Assembly (NCBI GenBank): GCA_963745035.1
Contig: CAVUVW010000016.1
Span: 128,001-192,000, forward strand
Length of the DNA: 64,000 nt
Reading direction: 5' to 3'
DNA from: an uncultured delta proteobacterium
Lineage (GTDB): Bacteria; Desulfobacterota; Binatia; UBA9968
Shown here: in pieces, positions 20,738-29,424 of the stretch
Layout of the letters: every line of letters begins with the position of its first letter
How positions within the stretch are numbered: position 1 is the stretch's first letter
The notes under the pieces: model-generated
What the model was told of the DNA's origin: nothing
Database searches by the model: none
What the model saw: only the letters and a program-made list of their open reading frames with translations
Position numbers and translations under genes: made by a program

Positions 20738-22045
20738 TGTTCAAGCCGGGGATCATTTACGTTTTGAACCGGGCGCATGGTTTACAGTTTTTTAGAGTTA
20801 GTTCCGTGCCAGGTTTTGCGCTGGCATAATCTTTTTTGCATGTTGATCGAGAATACCCAGCAGATGAAAACTATAACGGACTTCCCACTGCTCGGGTCCG
20901 ACCTGCTTCAGTCCAACCGGCTCGTGTGCCAGGACTTCAGAGACATAAAGGAGATCGCCGTGCCACTTGATCTCGCCGTTGTGTCGCACTCGTCTAACGG
21001 TCATGCCCGGACTGTATTGTACGGGCGGGAGTTTGTCGGGATAGCGCCGTGGGGAGCTAAGATAAACACTGCCCGGGGTCTTTCGTCCCAAGGCCTCATG
21101 GGAACGCTGGCCGTTATACTGCTTTACGAAAAAGTCAAATGCGCGCTGTTGTCGACTGTAGGTTGGCTGAGGCGCAACATCGTGCTTAAGCGTTCGATGC
21201 ATCCGTTCATGGCGCCCGTTCTGGCTTGGCTTACCCGGCTTGATCCGTTCAGGACGGATGCCAAGCTGGATCCACCACTTCGACAACTCGCTGACACCGC
21301 CCACACAGAGCGAGGCAAACGGTGCTCCGTTGTCGGTACGAATGGCCCGGAGCAGTCCGTATTGTCGAAAGGCTCTTTCAAACCACGGCCGAACCACCCG
21401 ATAGCTGTGCTGCCCCAAGGCTTGGCACATCAACAGATAACGAGAGAAATTGTCGGTCAACGTAAGCGGGTAACAGCGCTGACCATTCCCCAAGAGAAAG
21501 TCTCCCTTGAAGTCCGCACTCCAGATCTGATTCGGTCCATGGCAGTCGCTAAACGGTTCACTGTACGGTACCACGTGGCGCCGACGTACACGGCGGTTGA
21601 CCAGCCCGGCACGCTTGAGGATCGCACCGGCTGCAGAGTCCGCAGGCCAGGTCAACTTAGGTTTTTTCTCACCCAAATAATCCAAAACCTTTTTCGGACC
21701 CCAGCTCGGATGGCTAAGCTTGATGGCAATAATCATCTCGCGGATTTCCTCAGGGGTCTCATTGCGATGACGGTGCGCCGCGCGCGAGCGCTCCTCGAGC
21801 GCCTCAACTCCACCGTCTTGGTAGCGCTTAATCCATTTGTCAGCCGTGGGACGGCTAATTCCATAGGCTCTGCACAATTCAATCTTACTGTATTCCTTAC
21901 TCAGCCAGTCAGCGATAAATTTAACTCGTTGATCCATGGCACTGGTCTGTTCCCAAGGCATTGGCAAGCTCCTCCTTGCCTCTGCCTCTTAAACTGTAAA
22001 CCATGTGCCCGGTTTGTTTTGTAAATGATGCTACCGGTTTGTACC
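20738..22045 (-). mobile_element. IS481-family insertion sequence with about 50-bp imperfect terminal inverted repeats
   Basis: Left end tgttcaagccggggatcatttacgttttgaaccgggcgcatggtttaca; right end tgtaaaccatgtgcccggtttgttttgtaaatgatgctaccggtttgtacc; encloses the transposase. Confidence 0.88.
20798..21967 (-). CDS. IS481 family transposase (HTH + rve DDE)
   Basis: MPW..DQRVKFI, LCRAYGISRPT..KW, WSADFKG, TDNG, PSQNGRHERMHRTLK. Confidence 0.95.
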   Translation of the reverse strand: MPMPWEQTSAMDQRVKFIADWLSKEYSKIELCRAYGISRPTADKWIKRYQDGGVEALEERSRAAHRHRNETPEEIREMIIAIKLSHPSWGPKKVLDYLGEKKPKLTWPADSAAGAILKRAGLVNRRVRRRHVVPYSEPFSDCHGPNQIWSADFKGDFLLGNGQRCYPLTLTDNFSRYLLMCQALGQHSYRVVRPWFERAFRQYGLLRAIRTDNGAPFASLCVGGVSELSKWWIQLGIRPERIKPGKPSQNGRHERMHRTLKHDVAPQPTYSRQQRAFDFFVKQYNGQRSHEALGRKTPGSVYLSSPRRYPDKLPPVQYSPGMTVRRVRHNGEIKWHGDLLYVSEVLAHEPVGLKQVGPEQWEVRYSFHLLGILDQHAKKIMPAQNLARN

Positions 22046-22055
22046 AAGCTCTCCA

Positions 22056-22078
22056 TCCTCCTCCGTCGAGGGGGAGGA
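22056..22078. repeat. REP-like hairpin flanking the IS right end
   Basis: tcctcctcc-gtcga-gggggagga. Confidence 0.6.
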
Positions 22079-22081
22079 AAG

Positions 22082-23047
22082 ACGCTTCGAGCAGCCGTCA
22101 AGTTTGTTCCGACTTGGTTCTTGTTCTTTGTTGTTGCTGCCCAAGCTGCGGAAGCGCCCAAGGAACGAGTTGCTATTGCTTACGCCGCTATCAGTCCCAG
22201 CATGTCCGGTATTTGGATGGCGAAGGAAATCGGCGCGTTCGAGCGCAACGGTTTGACCGCCGATCTTGTCCATATCAGCTCGGGCGCCACCTCGATTCAA
22301 GCGCTGGTGGGCGGCAGTGTTCAAGCGGCCTTGGGCGCGAGCAATGCGGTGGTCGCCGCTACGGTGAAAGGAGCGCCGATCATCGCGGTCGCGAGCAATA
22401 CGAGCCGTCCCGGCATGCAGCTCTGGGTGCAGCCGGAAATTCAGCGGGCTGAACAGTTGCAGGGCAAGACGCTGGCGATTACCCGCTTCGGCTCGACCAG
22501 CGATTTCGTAACTCGATTGGTTTTGCGGAAGCTGCATCTCGAAGGCAAGACCGAGCTGCGTCAATTTGGCGGGGTGGTGGAGGCCGATATCGGTTTTCGC
22601 GCGCGCCAGGCCGAGGGCCGCGTTTCATCGCAAGCGCCCGGCCCGCAGGCGAAGATGCTCGTCGATGCGGCGGAGTTAGGCATTCCGTTCTCGATGAATC
22701 TGCTGGGCGTGAGCAACGACTATTTGCAAAAATCGCCGAAGTCGGTGGAGGCGATTGTCAGGGCCTACATCGAGGGCATCGCCGCGCTCAAGACGAGAAA
22801 ACCCCAGGCGCTCAAGCTGCTCGAGAAATATATGGGACAGCGCGGTGGCAGCTCGGAGCTTCATTACGAATTTGTCAGCAAGTATTTGGACTCTGTGCCG
22901 CGCGTCGATCCCGCCGCGGTGGACACCGTGCTCGAAATGGTCGGCTCGAAAGGCGCGTCGAAAGCCAAGCTCTTCGACAATTCCATCGTCGACCGGTTGG
23001 CGCAGGAAGGTTTCATCGACAAGCTATACAAAGGAACAAAGCCATGA
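22082..23047 (+). CDS. ABC substrate-binding protein, SsuA/NMT1 family (start uncertain)
   Basis: WMAKEIGAFERNGL, TRFGS, DNSIVDRL..EGFIDKLYK. The ORF-track start at 22025 lies inside the IS repeat; the signal peptide begins at about 22082. Confidence 0.85.
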   Translation, partial: TLRAAVKFVPTWFLFFVVAAQAAEAPKERVAIAYAAISPSMSGIWMAKEIGAFERNGLTADLVHISSGATSIQALVGGSVQAALGASNAVVAATVKGAPIIAVASNTSRPGMQLWVQPEIQRAEQLQGKTLAITRFGSTSDFVTRLVLRKLHLEGKTELRQFGGVVEADIGFRARQAEGRVSSQAPGPQAKMLVDAAELGIPFSMNLLGVSNDYLQKSPKSVEAIVRAYIEGIAALKTRKPQALKLLEKYMGQRGGSSELHYEFVSKYLDSVPRVDPAAVDTVLEMVGSKGASKAKLFDNSIVDRLAQEGFIDKLYKGTKP

Positions 23048-23754
23048 CCGAGAGCCAATGGCATGAATGTTTGGGTGAATTGGTGCGCGATTATATCCGC
23101 TCGCCCGAGCTGGAGTATTACTTTTCGATCAAGATGAGCGAGCCCAGGGCTGCGGTCATGGTTAAACAGCAGAGCCTCTTCGTGCGCCATCGGCGCGATT
23201 GCTGGGCGCATGTCTCGGCGAATTGTCCGGTATTGGGCGTCAAGCAAAGAATTTTGGAGCATGAGTACGATGAAATCATCCGGGACGATTTTTCCGAATA
23301 CGGCCATCTTCATCTGCTCATTCGCCAGGGAAAATCGGTGGGGCTGGAGCCGGAGGAAATTATCAATGCCGAACCGCTGCCGGAAACCCTGACTACGCTT
23401 TACGCCTGGTCATGGATGACCAGCGAGCTGCCTTGGACCGAATCGCTGGCCGGAATGACCATCACAGAATGGTGCAATGACGATCGTTTGCTCGCCGATC
23501 TGGGCGGCGGCCAATCGACGCGCATGGCGAAAAAATGGATGGAGGACATGGGATTTAGCTGGAAGCAGATTCCCAATCTCGAGGCGCATAGCCAGGCCGA
23601 CGAGAAACACAGCGATATGTTTTTGCCTTTTCTCGCCGAGCATGCAACGGGTGGAAAAGAAGCGCCGGCGATACAAGCGGCGAAGGATTCGCTGGCGTTC
23701 AATGCCATGTATCGCAAAGGCATAGCGCTGGCGCAGGAGAAAATACCGCTATGA
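23044..23754 (+). CDS. Heme-oxygenase-like diiron protein, subfamily A, copy 4
   Basis: ATGA overlap with the SBP; RHRRDCWAHVSANCP, HEYDE..GH, TEW, HSQADEKH. Confidence 0.8.
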   Translation: MTESQWHECLGELVRDYIRSPELEYYFSIKMSEPRAAVMVKQQSLFVRHRRDCWAHVSANCPVLGVKQRILEHEYDEIIRDDFSEYGHLHLLIRQGKSVGLEPEEIINAEPLPETLTTLYAWSWMTSELPWTESLAGMTITEWCNDDRLLADLGGGQSTRMAKKWMEDMGFSWKQIPNLEAHSQADEKHSDMFLPFLAEHATGGKEAPAIQAAKDSLAFNAMYRKGIALAQEKIPL

Positions 23755-24776
23755 GATCTCTCGAAGCGCTGCGCGTTGAAATAGCTCGGGCGACCTTTCT
23801 CGCTGCGCTGCTTTTCAGCTCAATCGCGGTCGCTGCCGATCCGAAAGTCATCGAAGCTGCGAAGAAAGAGGGCGAGCTCGGCTGGTGGACCACCATCGCC
23901 CAGGACCAGTCGCAGAAAATCGTCGAAGAGTTCATGAAGGTTTACCCCTTCATCAAAGCCAGTTACTGGCGCAGCGGCAGCGTCGGGATACACAACAAGG
24001 TCTTGATCGAAGCCCGAGCGGGCCGGCCGAGCTGGGATGTCCTGTCACAAACCACGCCGGAATTTATCGACGAGCTCAAGAAAAAGGGAGTGATTGCGCC
24101 GTACCACTCGCCCGAGCGGCGCCACTTCAGCGACGATTTAAAGGACAAGGATGGCTACTGGACGGGAAGCTATGCCCTGCCTACAGGTCTGGGGTTCAAT
24201 ACGCAGCAGGTCAAACGCGAGGAGGCGCCCAAGAACTACCAGGAGTTGCTTCACCCCAAGTGGAAAGGAAAGAAAATCTCCGTCGATGACGAGAGCTATG
24301 AATTTCTCGTCGGCTTGATGCAAGCATGGGGACGCGGTTCGGCGGTAGAATATTTCAAGAAACTGGCCGCGCAGGAGCCGATGATCGGACGCGGCAACAG
24401 TCAGAGAACGCAGCTCTTGGCTGCCGGAGAGTTTCCGCTCGCGATTGCTTATACCCACACGATCGAGTACGCCAAAGCACAGGGAAACTCGGTGGATTGG
24501 GTGAATCTCGAGCCCGTGGTCATCAAATTCGACGGCATCATGCTGGGGGCCAAAGCGGCTCATCCGAACGCCGCGAAACTGTTTATCGATTTCATGCTCT
24601 CCCAGCAGGGACAGAGGCTCTTGCAGAGCTTCAGCCGTGTAACCTTGCGCGAGGGAACGGAGCCAAATCCGCCGCGACTGATCAAAGGATTCAAACGCGT
24701 CGTGCTTCATCCCGAGAAGGCGCAGGACGCCAAGGAGAGCTTGAGGCTCTATCGCGAGATTTTCGGATTACCGTAA
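23751..24776 (+). CDS. Extracellular solute-binding protein (AfuA/Fe3+-type cluster)
   Basis: AAKKEGEL, LLHPKWKGKKI, LAAGEFP, AHPNAAKLFIDFMLS. Confidence 0.85.
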   Translation: MRSLEALRVEIARATFLAALLFSSIAVAADPKVIEAAKKEGELGWWTTIAQDQSQKIVEEFMKVYPFIKASYWRSGSVGIHNKVLIEARAGRPSWDVLSQTTPEFIDELKKKGVIAPYHSPERRHFSDDLKDKDGYWTGSYALPTGLGFNTQQVKREEAPKNYQELLHPKWKGKKISVDDESYEFLVGLMQAWGRGSAVEYFKKLAAQEPMIGRGNSQRTQLLAAGEFPLAIAYTHTIEYAKAQGNSVDWVNLEPVVIKFDGIMLGAKAAHPNAAKLFIDFMLSQQGQRLLQSFSRVTLREGTEPNPPRLIKGFKRVVLHPEKAQDAKESLRLYREIFGLP

Positions 24777-24811
24777 GCGATGTAGTTCAAAGTGAACCAT
24801 AGGAGGGTCGT

Positions 24812-25510
24812 ATGATTCTTTGGCCGAAGGTAAGAGAAGAATTGAACGTTATAGTGAACCGCCATTTCGAAACGCCGGAGTACAAGCAGCTATTTTCCGT
24901 GCGGCTGACCCCGGCGCGGCAAAAAATTTGGGATTTGCACTATCCGCACTACATCAAAAGCCGGCGCGATTGCTGGGGAGCGGCCGCGGTGAATGCGCCG
25001 CTCGATGTAAAGCGCGCTATTTGGGAGCATGAAAAGGACGAGTTGATCTTCGATCCGCGCATGGGATCGGCGCATTTGACCGACGAACAGATGGCGGAAG
25101 CTGCGGCGGAATCCAACTTACTTCCCGGAGCGAGGGCGGCGATCATGGCATGGATGTATTTGTCGACGACTCGGCCGTGGATAGAAGCGCTGACGGTCAA
25201 TCACATCACGGAAAGAAAAAACAATCCCGCGATCGTCAAGGGCGGTGGTTTTACGGCTCGCTTCGCGCACAAGCGCGTCGCCGATCAGGGTGGAACGATC
25301 GAAGGCCTGGATATCAACACAAAAGTGCATATGGTGGCAGACGAAGACCACTCCGATATGTTCGAGCCGATTTACGATCGCCACATCACGGACGAACGAA
25401 CCGCCCAAGCCGTGATTCGCGCCGCGCTCGACAGTCTCGCGGTAGATCGCGCCTACCGCAGCGCGTTGGCAACCGCGATGGCGCAGATGGCGGAGTCTGC
25501 GGCGGCGTAG
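24812..25510 (+). CDS. Heme-oxygenase-like diiron protein, divergent subfamily A, copy 5
   Basis: KSRRDCWG, EHEKDE..SAH, TER, HMVADEDH. Confidence 0.75.
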   Translation: MILWPKVREELNVIVNRHFETPEYKQLFSVRLTPARQKIWDLHYPHYIKSRRDCWGAAAVNAPLDVKRAIWEHEKDELIFDPRMGSAHLTDEQMAEAAAESNLLPGARAAIMAWMYLSTTRPWIEALTVNHITERKNNPAIVKGGGFTARFAHKRVADQGGTIEGLDINTKVHMVADEDHSDMFEPIYDRHITDERTAQAVIRAALDSLAVDRAYRSALATAMAQMAESAAA

Positions 25511-25531
25511 CGCGCGAAGCGCGCGTTTTTC

Positions 25532-25560
25532 GTTCAAAGTTCAATGTTCCAGGTTCAACG
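25532..25560 (+). repeat. 7-bp periodic GTTCAA variant array
   Basis: gttcaaa gttcaat gttccag gttcaac. Confidence 0.6.
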
Positions 25561-25617
25561 TTTTTCCGGATTGGATCGGAATCCCGATTTCGCGACCCCG
25601 AGCCTATGCTCCTGACT

Positions 25618-25655
25618 TCTTCCCCCTTCACGGGGGAAGATAGAGATGGGGGTGA
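25618..25655. repeat. REP-like hairpin
   Basis: tcttccccc-ttcac-gggggaaga-tagagatggggg. Confidence 0.65.
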
Positions 25656-25712
25656 CTCTCGTCCATCCGCATCGATGGCGAAATCGGAAGCGGGTTCACC
25701 TACTGACAAGTC

Positions 25713-26855
25713 ATGGAAATTGAATTCGGTCTAATCAGCTCCGATTCCCACGGCCAGCTTGGCAAAGACGCCTATACGGCTCGCATGTCCAAGCAGAAGT
25801 GGGGAGACAGGATTCCTCATATCATCGAAGTGCGCGAGGAGAAATTTTCCGCTCCGGTCGAGCGCTGGATCGTCAATAGCGAGATTCAGGGTGGGAATGT
25901 CTGCAACTGCCCCACCGCGATGAACGAACGCGGTTATTATCCGCAGCGTTGGGAAGAAGTTCCGCTCGCAGTCTATGAGCCGTCCGAGCGTTTGAAGGCT
26001 CTGGATCGAGATCGGGTCGATGGGGAGGTTTTGTTCCCCAATGGGCCGGGCGGAACTTTTTTCTATGACGATGTCGAATTTGAGCTCGACTGCGTTCGGG
26101 CGTACAACGATGCGCTCGCCGAGTATCGCGCGGCAAGCGATCGCTTCATTCCGCTGGCCGTTATTCCGTTCATGAGTCCCATAGAAACGATCATCGTCGA
26201 GGTAGAGCGTGCCGTGCAGGCCGGCCACATGGGGATCAACATGTTGGCCGATCCCAGCGTGGCGGTTAAAGGTCTCAAGAATCTCGGCGATCCGTTCTGG
26301 CATCCGCTGTGGAATGCTTGCCAGGAACTCGGCGTCGGCGTTCATCTGCACGCGTCGGCCGGGCTCGCCGGACGATTATCGCTGCCTCAATGGAAGGGTT
26401 ATTCGCGCCGCCAGGCCCACTGCGTATCGACCTTGCGCAACTTCTGCACGGCGACACAGATCGTTCCCTATTTGATCTTCTCCGGAATGCTCGACAAATT
26501 TCCCCGGCTCAATTGGGTTTTCGCCGAAACCGGTCTGGGCTGGGTGAGCTCGGTGCTGGAAGCGTGCGATCATGAGTGGGAAAAGCATCATCTATGGACC
26601 GATGGTATCGCCACGCGGCCGAGCGATCTCTTTCGGCGCCAGGTCTATGTCGACTTTTGGTTCGAGACGGTGGGCATCGAGCTGCGCGATTATATCGGCG
26701 TCGATCGCATTCTGTGGGAATCTGATTTCCCGCACATCACCTCGACCTATCCGAATTCCTGGGACGCTGTGGAACACTCGCTGCAAGGCGTGTCCCCAGA
26801 GGATCGGGAAAAAGTTCTCTTCCGCAATGCAGCCCGGCTTTACCATTTAGAATAG
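25713..26855 (+). CDS. Amidohydrolase_2 family protein
   Basis: ISSDSH, RAYND, VHLH, FAETG, WESDFPH, NAARLY. Confidence 0.9.
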   Translation: MEIEFGLISSDSHGQLGKDAYTARMSKQKWGDRIPHIIEVREEKFSAPVERWIVNSEIQGGNVCNCPTAMNERGYYPQRWEEVPLAVYEPSERLKALDRDRVDGEVLFPNGPGGTFFYDDVEFELDCVRAYNDALAEYRAASDRFIPLAVIPFMSPIETIIVEVERAVQAGHMGINMLADPSVAVKGLKNLGDPFWHPLWNACQELGVGVHLHASAGLAGRLSLPQWKGYSRRQAHCVSTLRNFCTATQIVPYLIFSGMLDKFPRLNWVFAETGLGWVSSVLEACDHEWEKHHLWTDGIATRPSDLFRRQVYVDFWFETVGIELRDYIGVDRILWESDFPHITSTYPNSWDAVEHSLQGVSPEDREKVLFRNAARLYHLE

Positions 26856-26861
26856 CCGATC

Positions 26862-27953
26862 ATGGATCTCAAATACGGATTGATCAGTGCCGACGACCAT
26901 GTCCAAGAGCATGGCGAAGTTTGGACACGGCGCATGTCCAGGGAAAAGTGGGGCGATCGGATTCCTCATCTGGAAAGCCAGAGCGACGGCAGTCAGCGCT
27001 GGGCAATCGACGGCGCGCTCGCGGAACTCGGGCCGGTCCCGAGAGAAAAGATGCAAATGGCGCCGGCCGCTTACGATTCCGGCGAACGCCTTAACGCGAT
27101 GGATACGGATGGAGTCGACTACTCTGTTCTCTATCCAACAGTCGCCGGATTAGCCGGGGAGCGTTTCGGCAAGCTTGCTGATGCGGACTTGGAGCTTGCC
27201 TGCGTGCAGGCATACAACGACTGGCTGATCGAAGAATGGTCGAGCGTGAGCCCGCGCTTCGTGCCGCAATGTATCGTGCCGATCTGGCCGATGGAGCGCA
27301 CGGTGGCGGAAATTCGCCGAGCCGTCTCCCTCGGCCACAAAGGAATCATTTATCCGGCCTCGCCGATGGAACTCAAGAACGTGCCGCACATCAACGAACT
27401 CGACTACGATCCGCTCTGGGCCGTGTGCGCCGAACTCGAAGTGCCGCTGTGCTTCCATTCCGGTGCGTCGCCGAAAATTCAGATGCGTGCGGACGATATG
27501 TTCACCCCGGCGGCGGCCCAAGCCTTCGGAGGGATCGTGCGTTCGGTGAGTTCGATTGCGGTGCTCGCCAACTTCCTCTTCTCGCGAGTGCTCGATCGTT
27601 TCCCAAAACTAAAGGTTGTATTCGCCGAAAGTTCTCTCGGCTGGCTGGCGTATGAAATCGAGTATGCGGACTATCAGTCTGCCGCCGACGGTCTGCACTC
27701 GGAGGGTTATTCGCTCAAGCCTTCCGAGCTCTTTCAACGGCAATGCTTTGCCACTTGCTGGTATGATCAGCAAGGCCTCCGCGTGCGGAAGTATCCAGGC
27801 AGCGCCAATATTCTTTGGTCGACCAACTTTCCTCTGGAGACTTCGACCTGGCCTTCGACACGCGCGCACCTGGACCGCGCGTTCGCGGGAGTCCCTGAGG
27901 CGGAGAAAGCACGGATTCGATGGCAGAATGCGGCTCAGCTCTACAGGCTTTAA
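26862..27953 (+). CDS. Amidohydrolase_2 family protein with a variant active site
   Basis: ISADDH, QAYNDW, CFHSG, FAES, WSTNFP, NAAQLY. Confidence 0.88.
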   Translation: MDLKYGLISADDHVQEHGEVWTRRMSREKWGDRIPHLESQSDGSQRWAIDGALAELGPVPREKMQMAPAAYDSGERLNAMDTDGVDYSVLYPTVAGLAGERFGKLADADLELACVQAYNDWLIEEWSSVSPRFVPQCIVPIWPMERTVAEIRRAVSLGHKGIIYPASPMELKNVPHINELDYDPLWAVCAELEVPLCFHSGASPKIQMRADDMFTPAAAQAFGGIVRSVSSIAVLANFLFSRVLDRFPKLKVVFAESSLGWLAYEIEYADYQSAADGLHSEGYSLKPSELFQRQCFATCWYDQQGLRVRKYPGSANILWSTNFPLETSTWPSTRAHLDRAFAGVPEAEKARIRWQNAAQLYRL

Positions 27954-27963
27954 GAATGGAGGT

Positions 27964-28323
27964 ATGAAAATGCGGCCGAAAGTTCGACATGTCGCGGTGA
28001 TGACAAAAAACCGCGAAAGGATGGTGGAGTTCTACCAAAAAATATTCGGTCTGGAGCCCAAGCGTGGATTCGGCGGGGCAATTTACATGTCAGACGGCGA
28101 TGTGAATATCGCTCTCATCGAGGTCAAACGCGACGAGCAAAAAGAGGGAATCAATCATTTCGGTTTCGAAGTCGACGATCTCGACGACATCAAACGACGA
28201 TTGCAGGAAGCCGGGTTTGACGCCGAGATCGATTCCAAATCGGACAAGGATTCCGATCATCGCATCCAGGATCCCGACGGCCATTGGGTCGATATGGCGG
28301 TGCATCGCCGCTGGCCGAAATAA
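27964..28323 (+). CDS. VOC family protein
   Basis: GGAGG RBS; RHVAV..FYQKIFG, NHFGFEV, DPDGHWVD. Confidence 0.88.
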   Translation: MKMRPKVRHVAVMTKNRERMVEFYQKIFGLEPKRGFGGAIYMSDGDVNIALIEVKRDEQKEGINHFGFEVDDLDDIKRRLQEAGFDAEIDSKSDKDSDHRIQDPDGHWVDMAVHRRWPK

Positions 28324-28360
28324 CTCACGAGCGCTGGAGAGCCATGGCGAGGAAGCTTCG

Positions 28361-29380
28361 ATGAAACGAATCGGCATTCGATTTTTGCTGACGTTGTGGA
28401 TCGTCACCGCGCTCGTGTTTCCGGCAAACGCACAGGACGGGCAGGATCCGAAGGTCATTCAAGCGGCGCGCAAAGAGGGCGAGATCGTCTGGTATACCAC
28501 CATGAGCGCGGATCAAAGCAACGCTTTCATGGCGCGCTTCCAGCAAAAATACTCCTTCCTCAAGCCTTCGGTCATCCGGCTCGGCGGAAATGCGTTGCTC
28601 AGCCGAATCATCGCCGAGGCCAAGGCGGGAAAAAGCTTCTTCGATGTGGCACACGGCACCGGAGAGATCGTTTTGCCGCTCATGGATATGGGATTGCTCG
28701 CGCCGTACGAATCGCCGGAACGAAAGTCGTTCCCCGATGATTTGAAGGACAAAAGGGGATATTGGACTTCGGTTTACGTCAACTCCGTGGTGCTCGGCTA
28801 CAACAAGAATTTGATCAAAGGACAGCCGGTGCCGCGCAGTTACGAAGACCTCTTACATTCCCGGTGGAAGGGCCGGAAGATATCTGTCGATAGCACTTAT
28901 GTGACCTTTTTGCAGGGCCTGATTTCGGCGTGGGGCAAAGAGAAGGCGCTCGATTTTCTCAGGAAGCTCGCTGACCAGGAACCCGTGGTCATGCGCGGCA
29001 GTACTGTTCGGGCTCAACTCGCCGCCGCGGGTGAATTCCCGCTGGTGATCGCCTACGCCAACATCATTCAGTATCTCACCGAAAAGGGCGCACCGATCGA
29101 TTGGCTGCCTCTCGAGCCTGCGGTCATTTCGGTCAACACCGTCATGCTGGGGGCGAAGGCGACGCATCCGAATGCGGCGAAGTTGTTTATCGACTTCACG
29201 CTGTCGAAGGAAGGCCAGGAAAAATTGTGGGATTTCCAACGGATCCCGTCGCGCAGTGACGTGGAACCGAAACCGGCGAGACTTTTTCGCGGGTACAAGC
29301 GCCAGGTTGTCCATCCCGAGGACACCCAAAACCTCGATGAAGTGGCTAAGCTCTATGCGCAGATTCTCAAGACGCGTTAA
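28361..29380 (+). CDS. Extracellular solute-binding protein (AfuA-type)
   Basis: Signal peptide; AARKEGEIVWYT, AAGEFP, HPNAAKLFIDF. Paralog of 23751..24776. Confidence 0.85.
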   Translation: MKRIGIRFLLTLWIVTALVFPANAQDGQDPKVIQAARKEGEIVWYTTMSADQSNAFMARFQQKYSFLKPSVIRLGGNALLSRIIAEAKAGKSFFDVAHGTGEIVLPLMDMGLLAPYESPERKSFPDDLKDKRGYWTSVYVNSVVLGYNKNLIKGQPVPRSYEDLLHSRWKGRKISVDSTYVTFLQGLISAWGKEKALDFLRKLADQEPVVMRGSTVRAQLAAAGEFPLVIAYANIIQYLTEKGAPIDWLPLEPAVISVNTVMLGAKATHPNAAKLFIDFTLSKEGQEKLWDFQRIPSRSDVEPKPARLFRGYKRQVVHPEDTQNLDEVAKLYAQILKTR

Positions 29381-29424
29381 CCGATAACTTATCTTTTCGC
29401 ATCGCACGCGCGGCGGGATCCATC

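Noticed and set aside
20777-22024. 415-aa ORF antisense to the transposase
   Set aside because: Shadow ORF of the rve transposase with no motifs of its own.
12102-25510. HDO paralogs as true PqqC or TenA (with NMT1-type SBPs as thiamine salvage)
   Set aside because: No pqqA/B/D/E or thi genes are present, and the proteins carry HxxADxxH metal-type ligands that cofactor-free PqqC and TenA lack.
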